A stretch of 62,340 nt of DNA, filler included, from Chiloscyllium plagiosum (Eukaryota), in assembly GCF_004010195.1 (NCBI RefSeq). It is 3 parts of one record of this genome, joined end to end, with 100 filler letters (N's around TTAATTAATTAA, not from the genome) between each part and the next. Parts side by side here need not be neighbours in the genome. Positions count along the whole stretch, not along the records: positions 21,576 to 51,933 come from NC_057716.1; 2 more parts are not named here. One strand, written 5' to 3'. Made by a program: the position numbers and the translations under genes. Of the stretch, positions 35,920 through 49,544 are shown piece after piece; the stretch's first letter is position 1, and every line of letters begins with the position of its first letter. Under the pieces are notes generated by a model. The model saw only the letters and a list, made by a program, of their open reading frames with translations, was not told the origin of the DNA and searched no databases.

Positions 35920-38860
35920 AGACCATAAGACGTAGGAGCATACATTAGGATATTCAGCCCATCGAGTCTGTTCTGCCATTCAATCATGGCTAATATGTTT
36001 GTCAACCCCATTCTACCACTTTCTCCCAGTAAACCTTGATCTCCTTGAAACTCATGAGCCTATCTATCTCCGTTTTAAATATACTAAATGACCTAGCCTC
36101 CACAGCCTTCTGTGGCAATGCATTCCATAGATTCACCACATTCGGGTTGAAGAAGTTTCTCCCTATCTCCATTCTAAAAGGTTTTCCTTTCAGTTCAAGA
36201 CTGTGCCCTCGGCTCCCAGTTTCTCCTACCAATGGAAACATCTTCCCAATGTCCACTCTGCCCAGGCCATTTAGTGTTCTGTAAGTTTCAATTAGATTCC
36301 CCTCTCATCCTTCTGAACTCCATCGAGTATAAACCTAGAGTCCTCAAACATTCCTCAGATGTTAGGCTTTTCATTCCTGGGATTATTCTTGTGACTCTCT
36401 TCTGAACACACTCCAGGACAAGTACATCCTTCCTGAGATATGGGGCCCAAATCTCGTCTGACCAGAGCCTTATAAACTTCAGAAGTACATCCCTGATTTT
36501 ATATTCAGGTTCTCTCAAAATAAATGCCATTATTGCATTTCCCTTCCTAATGACTTAACCTGCAAGTTTACTTTGAGAGAATCTTGGACTAGAACTCCCA
36601 AGATACTTTGCACTTCAAACTTTCTGAATTTTTTTTTTAGATTAGATTACTTTACAGTGTGGAAACAGGCCCTTCGGCCCAACAAGTCCACACCGCCCCG
36701 GCGAAGCACAAACCACCCATACCCCTACCCCTACATTTACCCCTTACCTAACACTATGGGCAATTTAGCATGGCCAATTCACCTGACCTGCACATCTTTG
36801 GCCTGTGGGAGGAAACCGGAGCACCCGGAGGAAATCCACGCAGACACGGGGAGAATGTGCAAACTCCACACAGTCAGTCGCCTGAGGCGGGAATTGAACC
36901 CGGATCTCTGGCGCTGCGAGGCAGCAGTGCTAACCACTGTGCCACCGTGCCGCCCACATTTTCTCCCTGTATAGAAAATAATCCATGCCTCTATTCTTCC
37001 TACCAAAGTGCATGACCTCACAGTATCTCACATTGTACTCCATCTGCCATTTCTTTGCCCTCTCTGCTAACCTATTCAAATCCTTCTGCAGCCTTCCAAC
37101 CACCTCAATGCTACCTGCCCCTCCACCTCTCTTTGTATCGTCTGAAAACCTAGCCAGAATGCCTTCAGTTCCTTCATCTAAATCGTTAATGTATAAAGTG
37201 AAAAGTTGCTGTCTAAACACTGAGCCTTGTGTAACACCACTTGTGAACGGCTGCCATCCTGAGAAGGACCCTTTTATTGCCACTCTCTATGTTTTCTGCC
37301 AGACAGTCAAGCTTCTATCCATGCGAGCCTCTTGCCTCTAATACCATGGGCCCTCATCTTACTCAGTAGCCTCCTGTGTGGCATCTTGTCAAAGACCTTC
37401 TTGAAGTCCAGATAGATAATATCCATTGACTCTCCTGGTCTAACCTGCTTTTTACTTTCTCAAAGAATTCTAGCAGATTTGTGAGGCATGCCCTCCCCTT
37501 GATGAAACTATGCTGACTTTGCCCTATGTTATCTTACACTTCCAAGTATCCAGAAATCTCATCCTTCACAATGGATTCCAGGATCTTACCCACAACCAAG
37601 GTTAGGCTAATTGGCCTGTAATTTTCCATCTTTTGCCTTACTCCCTTTTTAAACAGGGATGTCACATTATCAATTTTCCAGTCCTCTGGGACCCTCCCTG
37701 ATTCTAGCAATTCCTGAAAGATCACTACTAAAGTTTCCACTATCTCTTCAGCTATGTCCCTTTTGAACTCTGGGATGTAAACCATCTGGTCCAGGTGATT
37801 TATTCACCTTCAGGCTATTCAGGTTTTCTAGTACCTTCCCCTTAGTAATGGCTACCATACTTAGCTATGCCCTCTCACTCTCTTGAATTTTTGGGATATT
37901 ACTTGTGTCTTTCACCATGAAGACCGATGGAAATTAATTATTCAGTTCCTTGGCCATTTACCTCAGCCGTTTCGCCACTACTCTCTCCAGGGTAATTTTC
38001 CAGTGGTCCAATGTCCACTTTTGCCTCTTTTTTGCTCTTTATATATCTAAAGAAACTCTTACAGTCTTTTATATTACTGGCTTGCTTACCTTCAGATTTA
38101 ATCTTTTCCTTTTTTTTTGTTGTCCTCTGGTTTTGTAAGCTTCCCAATCCTCTGGCTTCCTACTGTCCTTCAACACACAATATGCTTTCTCTTTTGTTTT
38201 TGTGCTATCCCTGACTTCCCTGGTCAGCCATGGTCGCCTCATCCTCCTTGTATCATGCTTCGTTTCCCTCAGGATGAATCCCTTTTGTGTCTCCTGAATT
38301 ACTCCCAGAAACTCCTGCCATTGTTGTTCCACTGTCTTTCCTGTTAGGCTCCTCCTCCAGTCAATTCTACGCAGTTTCTCCCTCATTCCTTTGTAGTTGC
38401 CTTTATTCAGCTGTAATACCTCTGGTTCTATTTTCTCCCTCTCAAATTGCAGAGCAAATTCAATCATATTATGATCACTGCCTCCTAAGGGTTCCTTCAC
38501 CTAAGCTCCCTGATCAAGTTTTCCTCATTGCGCAACACTAAATCCAGTATTGCCTGTTCCCTAGTGGGCTCCATCACATGTTGCTCCAAAAAGCCATCTC
38601 GTAGACATTCCACAAATTCTTTTTCTTGCAATCCAGTACCAACCTGATTTTCCCAGTCCACCTGCATATTGGAATCCCTTGTGATCACTATAACGTTGCT
38701 TTTCCTACACATCTTTTTCTATCTCCTGATGTATCTTGTGCCCCAGTTGCTGACTACTGTTTGGGGGCCTGCACGTAACTGCAACTATGTTTTTTTTTCA
38801 CCTTTGCATTTCCTCAATTCTACCCTTCTGATCCTACTTTGTTTCTTACACCTTGACCCC
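35920..38860 (-). mobile_element. Decayed CR1 LINE (APE through 3' end)
   Basis: EPLGGSDHN (APE), NYRPISLT, SGVTQGSV, FSDDTK on minus. Confidence 0.88.
36637..36955 (-). mobile_element. Full-length V-SINE inserted in CR1
   Basis: Near-identical reverse complement of 34613-34935. Confidence 0.9.
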
Positions 38861-40537
38861 ATTTTGAGTCTTGAAAGTTGTGGCATCCCCTCAGTAAGAA
38901 TTAGTTGTGGGTAGGTGGGGAGTGGAGGGGGGGAAATCTCTGAGGGCATGTGCAGCCCTTAAAACTCTGTCAAAGTTCCACAATAGCTATTGTGCCTTAG
39001 GGCATGCGACTTTACTTAGGTCTTGCCCCCCACCACTTTGGGAAGCCTTGGACTAGGCAGTTGAGTGATTAAAATGGGGGATATGCATCATGTCAGACCT
39101 GAAGTTAAGAAACAAGGTTTAAGGTCGAGAAATGTTAAGAATGTAATCTATTATAAACAGGTGAAATAAGGGAGGTTTGTAGAAAAACAAAAAGGAGGGT
39201 TTATGGAAGACTGGAGAGATTATTTGGCAAAAAAGCTTGTGGCATAGGGACAAAAACTGATTTGTTAAATTAATTCATCACTTTTATGATTGTTGCTCCC
39301 CATTAGCAAATATAAAATTGTCAGTTCCCTGTTTGTTTCCATAACCCATTGTATTCAGGACAGTTTCTTAGAATAATTAATGAACCCCTCCAAGCTACTT
39401 TTGCCGATTTCGGTTGATTCAATTTAGGTGTATATTGAAGTCACACATGGTTATTGCAGTATATTTTTTGCATGTCCCCCTTTTTTCCTTGATGTTGAAT
39501 CTGTCGTCCCCTCAAAAGTGAATTATTTCTTTTCTTTTTATTTTCACCTGCATTTCCGCTTTATATCATGAGCAACTGAGATGCACTACTCTGTCTCTTC
39601 AGTCTGTCCTTTAACATAGATTGTGAACAACTGAAGCTACAACTCTGGTGCTTTGTGGCAACTTGAAAATGCCCCATGTATCAATACTCTCCGATTCCTG
39701 ATTATTAATCAAACCTCTGTCCATGCCAATATATTATTAAGTTGTTTTTGCAGTGGTAAATGAAAACAGTTAAGTTAGGAATAGTGGTGACCTGTGGGTA
39801 TTCAGCCTTGCCTAAATGGGCCACAGACAATAAGGTTGAAAACCAGTGGTCAAGGGGATGTGCATGTGGAAAAAGCTGAATTGTTACCAAGACATATGAC
39901 CTAAAGTTGTTGAATTCTATGAAATAGTTGACTGAAGGGTCATATAATTGAGGCAATAATTTGAACAAACAATTGAATATGTATTTCTAGAAATTAAAGA
40001 AAAACTCTAAGAACTGAGGCAAAACGACAAGCATTTGGTAGCCAATCAGAAATTGTACATGTTAACATGTAGTGTTCACCTTCAACTTGTCACTGCAGCT
40101 GTGAAAAGTTCTAGTGAATACTTTAATGCTGTTAGAAAACACAGTAGATAATTTCACGTAAATTTGTGAAATATTTTGATTTTATTGTATCAAACGTGAT
40201 TCATCTTTAATCTTGCATTGCTAATTTTACTTTTTTGATTAGTATAATTCACCCTCGGTTGTTAATTATTTAGTGGACTAAAACTTGATGTGATGTAAAA
40301 TTTTATCACATGATTTTCTGTCAATTTAACAACTGTTATTTTCAAATTGTGATGCACATGTGAGAGGTGTTGCTACAAAACAATACAACTTGAAAATGCC
40401 CCATGTATCAATACTCTCCGATTCCTTTTTTCCCCATCCTTTTGGTCCACCTTTGAGTGCAGTTTAGTTACCAGTTGTCAACATCTTTAAGGATTTATTG
40501 TGTCAATGCATAAAAGTGGTCTCATTTTTCTTGCTAG

Positions 40538-40593
40538 GCACTTTCTTCAGGAAGGTTAGTAGGCTCTTACAAGCAACGTAGTGGGAAAAAGAG
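40538..40593 (+). CDS. CCDC14: CCDC14 coding exon
   Basis: ttgctAG|..AG|gtaag; ALSSGRLVGSYKQRSGKK(R), similar to the recalled mammalian VLSSGR...GKK. Confidence 0.78.
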
Positions 40594-41166
40594 GTAAGGT
40601 GTCCATTTGTTTGGCCATTTTGCTGAATTTTTAACTTTTTTATATTAAAAGCTTCAATTATAATCACTTTAATGTTATGTAATATGAAAACATTTTAACA
40701 TTTTTTGGGAAAAGTTATAGCAGCTATACATATTTCAAGTTCTGATATCTGAGCAAAAAATGTATGGATAGAACTATTTCTAGTTTAGGAAGATTCCTCT
40801 GATACTGAGTTCTGTACTTATTAGTCATTTGGAGTCTAATTTTTTTGTGTCCCAGCTTTCAGGAATACAAACCTGGCTGAGATTGCTCTTGAGACTTGTA
40901 AGATTTTTCAAAAGTGAAATTTACACTATTCTCATAACTATGCAAGATTTAAAGCTTTGCTGTATTCTTGCCACCATATATCTTTTTTTTAATAAAAGGT
41001 TTAACTTAGCATGCTAATTCATAGCTTGTTTTTTTAAATGGAATGCTGTAGATTATTTTAAAATCCATCTAACAAATGTCTGGGGCAGGTGGAACTTGAA
41101 CTCTGATCTAATGACCTAGAGGCAGGGACACGACTGCTGCAACCCAAGAGCCCTAGAAAAGCCATA

Positions 41167-41385
41167 CAGGGCTCCCTGACTTACAAACATGCAACTTAAG
41201 AATGCTTACAATGAGAAACATGATACCATACAGTAGTGTAATTTTTAAAGATCTGACTTGCAAACATTTCCTGTACTTATGAACTACTATTTTTATATTG
41301 TCCTGCATGGTATTCCAACTTGTGGATGAATTGATCTGTGAACAGATACAAGAACAGAACCCATTTGCAACTCAGGGACTGATTG
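41167..41385. mobile_element. Decayed Tigger-like MITE
   Basis: TA|cagggctccctgacttacaaac ... tttgcaactcagggactgattg|TA imperfect TIRs. Confidence 0.55.
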
Positions 41386-41640
41386 TATTCTGATGAATTT
41401 GCAACATTCTAGATACCATCCTTTTTTATAAATGAATGCTGATAGAAACATTAATTGAGAAAAATAATAAGTGTCAATAATGCATGTGCCTTGGAATTAG
41501 ATGGTTACCAGCTAAAGTCTCATTCCAAAATCTTGTGCACAAAAATGTAGACATACTTTTCTCCAACATTGAGACAGTCCTGCACTCAGAGCTGCCATTT
41601 TCTGTATATGTTAAACCAAAGTTCTTCCTGCTCTCTCAGG

Positions 41641-42274
41641 TGTTATGGACTAGACCAGACCACTCAAAACATTCTTAAGCAGGCAGCCCAGACCATAACT
41701 TTGCAATTTATTTCGATAAGTGTACAGTGAAAATTATCTGGAGTGAGGTAGTTAGGTTGACTACGAGATTTTAAAACAGACAAAAATGTATTCACAAGAT
41801 TACACAATGAAACACAAAAAAACAGAAAAAAGAACCCCTACAGAACTCAGTCTATCCAAACTAGACTTAATTATGCTGTTCTGAATATACACAACAGTCC
41901 CAATAAGCAAACCCCCTTAAAAACCAGTACAAATGGAGCACCTGCTTACAGGTTGAAGTTAGAAGGAGAGAGAGAGCTTCCACACAGCTCACTGTTGAAC
42001 TCCCAACTAATAATGAACTGAACAAAACTGCTCAATTATGAGCTGACCACTTCCCTTTTATTATACAGGTCACTTCTAAAACATGACCACTTTGGCCTAA
42101 AGTCTCATCTGTTTACATATAAACAAAAAGGCATCTCAATACCCATTAATCTCTGTACCAACCCAGACTAATTGGCACCAAGAGTGGTTTATTATCACTC
42201 TGGAAAACAACCATGGACACAGTATCCTTGAGAAAAGGAACAGCTTTTAGAAAAAATAAACTAGCTTTGTGACA
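41641..42274 (-). mobile_element. Solo LTR (Gypsy-like)
   Basis: TGTTA...TGACA termini, flanks cagg/caga (3/4 match), TATA-like tataataaaagg on minus at about 42054-42065. Confidence 0.6.
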
Positions 42275-42681
42275 CAGAGGGATGTGAAAATCTGACAGTA
42301 CTATTTTTAAAAGAGGTGAAGGCGTTAATTTTAGTATCCTGGCAAATATTTACCCCAAATTAATGTCACAAAAGTAGACAATCTGCCTATTATTCAATTA
42401 CTGTGTGGTGCTTTGCACATTGGCCTCTGCCTTTCTTGCATTATGACAGTGATTATACTTCTTCAAAAATACTTAATTGGTTGTAAGCTGCCTTTTGTGC
42501 ATGTAACAGGCTGCATAAATACAGCAGCTTTTTATTACCCTGAAACAAAAATTTGCTATAAATGAGTTTACATCTCCTGTGAGATTTGGCACTATGCAGC
42601 AGTTGAGGCAAAATATTTCCCCTTTTATATTCAACACGGAAAGCAAATGTTTTATTGATCCCATTTTGTTTTTCTTATTAG

Positions 42682-42757
42682 GCTGACAGGTAGAAAAGCT
42701 TCAACAAATTCTGTAGAGTCTGGTTACTCGCTGTATTCCACGGATTCTGAAGATCAG
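42682..42757 (+). CDS. CCDC14: CCDC14 coding exon
   Basis: ttattAG|G..CAG|gtata; LTGRKASTNSVESGYSLYSTDSEDQ (CCDC14 SGYS..DSE.Q motif). Confidence 0.88.
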
Positions 42758-42865
42758 GTATAAACATCTATAAGATGGTTGCCTCTTCTACTTTTAGTGT
42801 AGTATTGTTTCATTAAATACTTGGATTTCATCTGATAGCATAAATTGTCATTTTTTTTTCCAAAG

Positions 42866-42938
42866 GTTACAGATATTCATAAAGGCCTTGATCGATGTGC
42901 AGCTTTATTGCAGGATATTTTGAAAAATGAGACAGCAG
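42866..42938 (+). CDS. CCDC14: CCDC14 coding exon
   Basis: ttccaaAG|GTT..G|gtatg; VTDIHKGLDRCAALLQDILKNETA (GLD.CA.LL.DIL.NE motif). Confidence 0.9.
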
Positions 42939-43594
42939 GTATGTTATTTTGTCACTCTTCACTTGTTCAAAATACAATGTGATTTCGTATGTCAACATTG
43001 ATTTTAGTGTGATCTCATTTGCATACAAAATTTGATAGTCATAAACAACATATCTATCAGCGTCTGAAAAGACGAGTTAGCATTTTAAATAGGGTTGAAA
43101 ATGGATTTCAGTTTTCAGATGAAATGTGCTAGATGTATGTGCAAAAGATCAATTTTGTCAGGTTGTAAAAATGCATTGAAGGACCAACCAGGAAAACCGC
43201 TCATAGTAAGAGCAAAGTAGAATATAAATAAAAGAAGCCAGTAATAAAATGGGAAGACAACAACAGTCTCTCATCACTAGACTCAAACCAGAGCTTTGTG
43301 GAATGTCTAGGAAGAAAGTAGACTATTCCTGAAGTTTTGATTGGAGTAAGGTCAGAAGTCAAAGTCAAGAAGGTGAAATGGAAGGGTGACTTGAAGTGAC
43401 AACCATATATAGATTGGGGTCATTCTTGCAGAGAATGGATTTCTACTTTATTCCTTTGGTGAAGTTCACTGTCTAATCATGATCAGAAATATTAGGCAAT
43501 ACATTTTCTTTCTTTTTAATCAATCAGTATGATGTCAACATTTGTACATATTAGAAATTGTGTTAATGCTCAATTTTATGCAAACCACTGTTAG

Positions 43595-43735
43595 ATCAGA
43601 AAGTTGCTCCTCTGCCTTCAAAGAAGACAAATGTTAGAAAAGCAAAAGTGCCTTCCAACAAAGGAGAAAATAGCAAAAAGGAAGTCAAGAAAAACAGGCC
43701 TGTTTCCTGTGCTATTTGTGTGCAGCAAGAGACTG
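43595..43735 (+). CDS. CCDC14: CCDC14 coding exon
   Basis: ttAG|AT..G|gtgag, phase 1-1, open: DQKVAPLPSKK...CVQQET; the acceptor position is less certain. Confidence 0.7.
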
Positions 43736-45390
43736 GTGAGTTATAGAAAAGATAAACTAAGTAATATATATGTGAATGCTTGTATCATGAAACAGTTGTG
43801 CGATGTTTCACATTGTAATTCAAATTTTATAGGTGCAAAAATTTGATAAATCCATAATTCATGAATTATTTATTAAATAAAGTCATCATCACCTTCAGTC
43901 ATTTTACCTCTACCTCTGGTTCACTTCAGGTCTTTGCCATTAACATAGCCAAGATGTCCTGGTCGACAGACATGTGTAATACAGATAACTGGGTTATTTA
44001 CCAGATCTAAACAACTGTGGTAGCTTCATCTGTGAATGTGCAATCACAATGAGTGGGGATTGGCTTAAACCTCTGGTTCGTTTCACAGACGTATTACTGC
44101 CTAAGTGGCAATCTGCACACCCTATGATCATCCAGGGTATGTGTTAATCAAAAGGACTTTCACTCCAATACAGAGCTGGAGATCCTTTTGATGCTGTGTG
44201 CAATGATGCCGCCATGCTATGGCATTCCAAACTCTCTGATGTCTTTGGACATGAAAGCAGATTTGAAATGTAGGCTAAGAGATAAAGAATACCTTCTTCA
44301 AATGTTACTGCTGGCATGCAGAGAAACCTAACCAATGTACTGTTTCGAGCACCAATGAATTACTAAATGCATCGTTAAGTATGCAGTGAGCCATTCTGAA
44401 GCTTGAACACAAATGAAACTGCACTTGAATACTCGTCAGTGAGGGATTTCAAAATTATTATGGCATGCTGCATGCTTCACAAAATCATTCAACAGTGAAG
44501 TTAGAAGATGCAGAGTGAATGTTTGCACATGAAAGAGTGTCAGCTGCTCACTGCTAAGATTTTTATAGCTGCAAGCTCTGCTTAATTATTACCTGTAATA
44601 ATCACATCTGACCACACTCTCCTGTAGCTTCCAAAGCCACTGGTACCAAGTTGTTCTGCAAACAACTAAAACATCCATGGTAGACTGTACATCCCCCTCC
44701 TGCCAACCCCCCAAATGTCTCAAGTCATTTTCAAATCCTGAGTTCCACTTCATCAAGCAATTGAAAAGGCAAGTTGTGACCAAACAACAAAGAATAGGTA
44801 ACCTGGAGAATGAAGTGGTGTGTAATAGTGTAAAATTCGGACAAAAAAATTTAATGTTCCATCATCTGGCTTTAATGCTTGGAGCCTTTCTGATGGACTA
44901 AACTGCTTGCAAAAAAAGACAAAATTATTTTTCTGAAAACTTCACATTTTGGATTAAACATTGCTTGTAGATTATTCAGTTTGAAAAAAAAGATGCCATG
45001 GGGCTATGTAAATAAATACTGTCTATGGATTTTTTAAAATTCATTTGTGGATGTGGGTATCACTGACTGACCAACATTTGTTGTCTATCCCTAGTTGCCC
45101 TTGAGAAGGTGGTGGCAAGCTGCCTTCTTGAACAATTGCAGTCCACCTGGTGTGGGTTGATCCACAATGTCATTAGGGAGAGAATTCCAGGATTTTCACA
45201 GAGTGATAGAAGGAACAGTGATATATTTCCAAGTCAGGATTGTGAATGGTTTGGAGGGGAATTTGCTGGTGGTAGTGCTCCCTCATATATCTGCTGCAGT
45301 TGTCCTTCTAGGTGGAAGTGGTTGTGGGTTTGGAAGGTGTTATCCGAGGATGTTAGGTGAATTTCTGCAGTGCACGGTGTAGATAGTACA

Positions 45391-45589
45391 GCAGAAAGTG
45401 AGGACTGCAGATACTGGTGAGTCAGAGTTGAAACGTGTGGCGCTGGAAAAGCACAGCAGGTCAGGCAGCATCAGAGGAATTCCTGATCAGCATTCCTGAT
45501 GAAGGGCTTATGCCTGAAACGTCAACTTTCCCGCTCCTCAGATGCTGCCTGATCTGCTGTGCTTTTCCAGCGCCAACCGTTTTGACTGT
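45391..45589. mobile_element. ~200-bp hairpin Penelope-derived element with intact hammerhead core
   Basis: Inverted arms ggcgctggaaaagcacagcaggtcaggcagcatc / gatgctgcctgatctgctgtgcttttccagcgcc; flanks gtgtagatagtaca (45377-45390) and gtgtagataataca (45590-45603). Confidence 0.8.
45493..45526 (+). ncRNA. Minimal hammerhead ribozyme motif
   Basis: CTGATGA-a-gggc-ttat-gcct-GAAAC-GTC; core and stem II intact, palindromic ACGT at stem III, stem I weak. Confidence 0.7.
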
Positions 45590-46637
45590 GTGTAGATAAT
45601 ACACACTGCTGCTACTGAGTGTTGGTGGTGGAGGGTGTGGATGCTTGTGGGTGTGGTGCCAATCAAGCAGGCTGCTTTGTCCTGTATGGTGTCAAGCTTC
45701 TTCAGTGTTGTTGAAGTTGCATCCATCCAGGCAAGGTGCTGCCAGACTGCCTGATTTTCTCCAGCACTTTCTATAGAAAATTTGGGACTCCGTTTCAAAG
45801 GTACAAACATTTACTGCTTTCAGTTTAACTTTAGAAGTGACTTGTGATATTTATTAACATTTTTAAAAATAAATGTTGTATTGTTTAGTGTGGATTTCTG
45901 TTTTAGGATGAAAACCCAGAATATTTCACTTTTTATTCAGGTTATAGGTACGTTTGAAACAATTTTTACTACAGCAACCAAAACAGCTTTCTCATTGGTT
46001 CAAGGGAAATGCAGGAAATCACTAATTATGACTACTTGGATTATTTCCAAAGATTGTTACAGAAAGGTAATCTGACTAAACAGATCATCAAGAGTTACAC
46101 TGATTAAATAATTTTGTTAACTCTAATTCACAAGCAGTATCAAAAGCTTCTACCTGTGAAACAAGGACCCAAAACTTTCTGCCAGATGGCTATTGTGACA
46201 GATGCCTATTTATGCCTACTTTCTTTATTACTTCGTTTAAATTACACCTATAGTCATTTGACATTGAGCACCACTGATGGTGGCCATGCAGACATCTGGA
46301 ACTGATACTCTGCAAACCTTTGTCTGATGGGAAATATGAACATTAATGTTAATATTAGTGGGTTTTTTTTAAGATCCATTCAGATTGTCAGGTTGGTGGT
46401 TTTGTAACTCTTGATCACAAACATTTCTCAAAATTGCTCAACTTTGCAGGTTAATGTCTGATTTACAGGATTTTATATTCCCAAATCACTTCCTGTTTTG
46501 AGGATTTTAAATTATGATGTGATTTCTAAAAGCATTTGTGAAGATTATAAGGTTCATACTGTATCTGTAGCTAATTAATCTGAATGAATTGTGTTATACT
46601 GGCTAACGTTGCCAAACTAAATTAATTTTCTACTTAG

Positions 46638-46871
46638 TTTCAACACCAAAGTTTAAGAGGGTTCCTGATGCAGCTGAAGTAGATGTGAACAACACTGCTC
46701 ATGTGTCAACGATGCCATACTCAACAATTTCATCAAGTCAGAACTCTCCTGTTATAAATCATTGCCTCTCTGATCATGTACAGACACAAATGGGTCTTAT
46801 AAATGACCATGCTCCAGTAGGTCCTTCAATAAGGATATCGCCTCGATCTTACTACACAGTTTTAGACTCTG
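46638..46871 (+). CDS. CCDC14: CCDC14 coding exon
   Basis: tacttAG|TT..G|gtaag, phase 1-1; contains HCLSDHVQTQMGLI. Confidence 0.85.
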
Positions 46872-47079
46872 GTAAGATCACGCTTAATTTCTTTACAGCA
46901 AATGGTGTAGTTAAAAAAAACACAATGTTATTCTTTAATTTAGAATACTTAGGACGATTTACAGATATCAGTACATGCTTAATATAATTTTCTGTGCCAA
47001 TAATAGCACACCACAATTTTCATTTGTTTATGTTAACTACCACTAGTTTCATATTAAATATTCATAATGTTTACTTTAG

Positions 47080-47174
47080 GACCCCAAGTTGTTTCAACGT
47101 TTAATTCTCGACTGCCTACCTCTACACCAACTATGTCTCCAAAGAATGTTGAGCCTTCATTAGTAATACCTTCA
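47080..47174 (+). CDS. CCDC14: CCDC14 coding exon
   Basis: actttAG|GA..TCA|gtgagt; GPQVVSTFNSRLPTSTPTMSP. Confidence 0.82.
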
Positions 47175-48029
47175 GTGAGTATATAAATGGGTTGTTCTGT
47201 AATAAGTGTTTTATTTACAATATCTGGAACATAATGTAGATAACAGTAAAAGCATCAGATTAAGGAGGGTTCAATCTTCCTGGATAATCAGATTTGTACT
47301 TTGTAAAGTGAAGCTTTCAAATATACTTGGAAGTAGTTTATTATTTTAATAACTGACTGAAAACCCATCTCTCAAGCTATAAATATTTTATTTTCATTCT
47401 TTGTGGCTGCTATATTTTATTTTCTGAGTTTTTTTCCACTTTGTCTTATTTAATTTAACATCCATTTTACACCTATTCTTGGACTTCTCTGATCCCAACT
47501 TCCTTTTTCACTTTGTCACATTCTTCTATCTGATGGAAGAAAATGCCTTCAGCCAAATATTGGCCTAAATTAATAGGCTTTGGGGTCAATCAAATAATTG
47601 AACCAAAAAACATAAAATGTTGGAGAAACTTAGCAGCATCTGAGGAGAGAAAAACTGGGCAAATGTTTTGAGTTGGGTGACCCCCAACTAAGTTGGCTCC
47701 AAAACAACTAACTCTTCTTCTGAAACTTCTGTGAGAAGTTGATAAATCCAATACCTCAGCAGAAAAGGTCAAGATTCTGTACAACCTGGAGAAACAGGAT
47801 TTTTTCCACACTCTGCATCTTCGCAAGCTTGTGCCTGAAAATATAAAATGGAATAGTTTTAGTTGTTCAAGTTGAAAGAAATTTGGCAGTGCTGTGATCT
47901 TGTTTGGTTGGACCTGATTATATTGAACACATTCCCTGTGGACACTGAAGCACGACTGTTGCCAGTTTCTAGGTAAGATCCTAATTATTAAAAATTTGGG
48001 GTGTTATTATAAAGGAGAAATTGAAGTTT

Positions 48030-48230
48030 GATTAGCTCGGTTGGCCCAATGGCTAGTTTGTAAAGAAAAGTGATGCCAACAGCGTGGATTCAATTCACAC
48101 ACAGGCTAAAGTTATCATGAAGGACTCTTTCTTAACCTTTCCCCATTCCTGAGGCATGCTGTGCTTCCAGTTAAACCACCATCAGTTATCTCTCTCATAA
48201 GCTTTAGGGTTCAGTGGGACTGTCGTGCCT
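48030..48230 (+). mobile_element. Decayed tRNA-derived SINE
   Basis: A-box tagctcggttgg and B-box gattcaattc. Confidence 0.45.
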
Positions 48231-49249
48231 ACTCTATAAGGGAAATGCATGCCCTTCATGTTTTACATTCAAAATTATTCTCCGTTCCTTTGGTTTGACA
48301 ACTTTACCATATGTAAATTTCATCAATTTAAGTTAATCCTTATTTAAAAATACACATTACTACTTCTGGACAAAATGTTAAATAAATTAATTACCTTTCT
48401 TGATAATTTTCTTCAAGAGAATTCTCAGTTTTTAAAATGCTGACAGGAAATGGTCTTTTAAACAAAATATCCTTTTTAAAATTGAAATTGAATTGATATC
48501 CTGAGTCATAAAGTGGGTAAGTTATTTTTCTGAATTATTGTTGGTCCACAGGCAGTCTCAAGATTTTAAAAAGAAGTCATGTCCCTCTTATTTTATTGGG
48601 GAATGCTTCCTACATTATTCAAATAGTTATTGCATTGTGCAATTCAATGACACCACTGACTAGTATCTCTCGAACAGCTCTGTTTAAATTTTATTCAGTA
48701 CCACTTTGTGGCAATATTTAATAGCCTAGCTGGAACAATTTGTTTATTTCAAAATAGTTAATAAAAAAGATCATTTCATTGTATATGATAGCACTTCTGG
48801 ATGTAAAGAAAAGTTAACATAAACCTGATGGAATTGACATCTGTGAAGATGTCATCCTCATAAATGGCATTCCAGCTAATGAGGACGTCAGAAAATGAAT
48901 ACGGCAGTAAAATTATTTAAGTGAATATTCTTTGTTGTTAAGGACCAGAATGAATGAGTATGTTTATTTCATTATATTTAATGATTAAAAACATTAAATA
49001 TATTTGAAATTCTAGCTGTGCTGTTATAGAATGTTTTTTGTTGTCTTAATCTGGATATATAATAAATGTTTACCCTACATCTGGGGGTTTAAAAAAAGGT
49101 TAACATGAAAAAGTTAATTTAGTGATGAGAAATGATCGACATGTCCATCACAATCTATCTCCTGAACACTGATTTTCACATTGCTAACACCAAATGTTTT
49201 TGAATCTACAGCTTTCTCTTGCTGAATTTATTCTAGTGATTTTTGAGGA

Positions 49250-49544
49250 TTAGATTAGATTATTTACAGTGTGGAAACAGGCCCTTCGGCCCAGCAAGTC
49301 CACACCAACCTTCCGAAGAGCAACCCCGACCCATTCCTCTACATTTACCCCTTCACCTAACACTGCGGGCAATTTAGCATGGCCAATTCACCTAACCTGC
49401 ACATTTTTGGGCTGTGGGAGGAAACCGGAGCACCCGGAGGAAACTCACACAGACACGGGGAGAATGTGAAAACTGTGCCTGAAGCGGGAATTGAACCCGG
49501 ATCTCTGGCGCTGTGAGGCAGCAGTGCTAACCACCGTGCCGCCC
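49250..49544 (-). mobile_element. V-SINE (HE1-like)
   Basis: Matches the other copies, with small deletions. Confidence 0.88.

Larger units (their letters stand above)
45035..45735 (-). mobile_element. L2/CR1-group LINE 3' fragment interrupted by a hairpin Penelope element
   Basis: AWMDATSTTLKKLDTIQDKAACLI on minus; shares its end motif with short fragments at about 3350 and 17560. Confidence 0.6.

Noticed and set aside
43604..43846. ORF MLLCLQRRQ...
   Set aside because: Wrong frame; the splice-phase-consistent CCDC14 exon uses a different frame.
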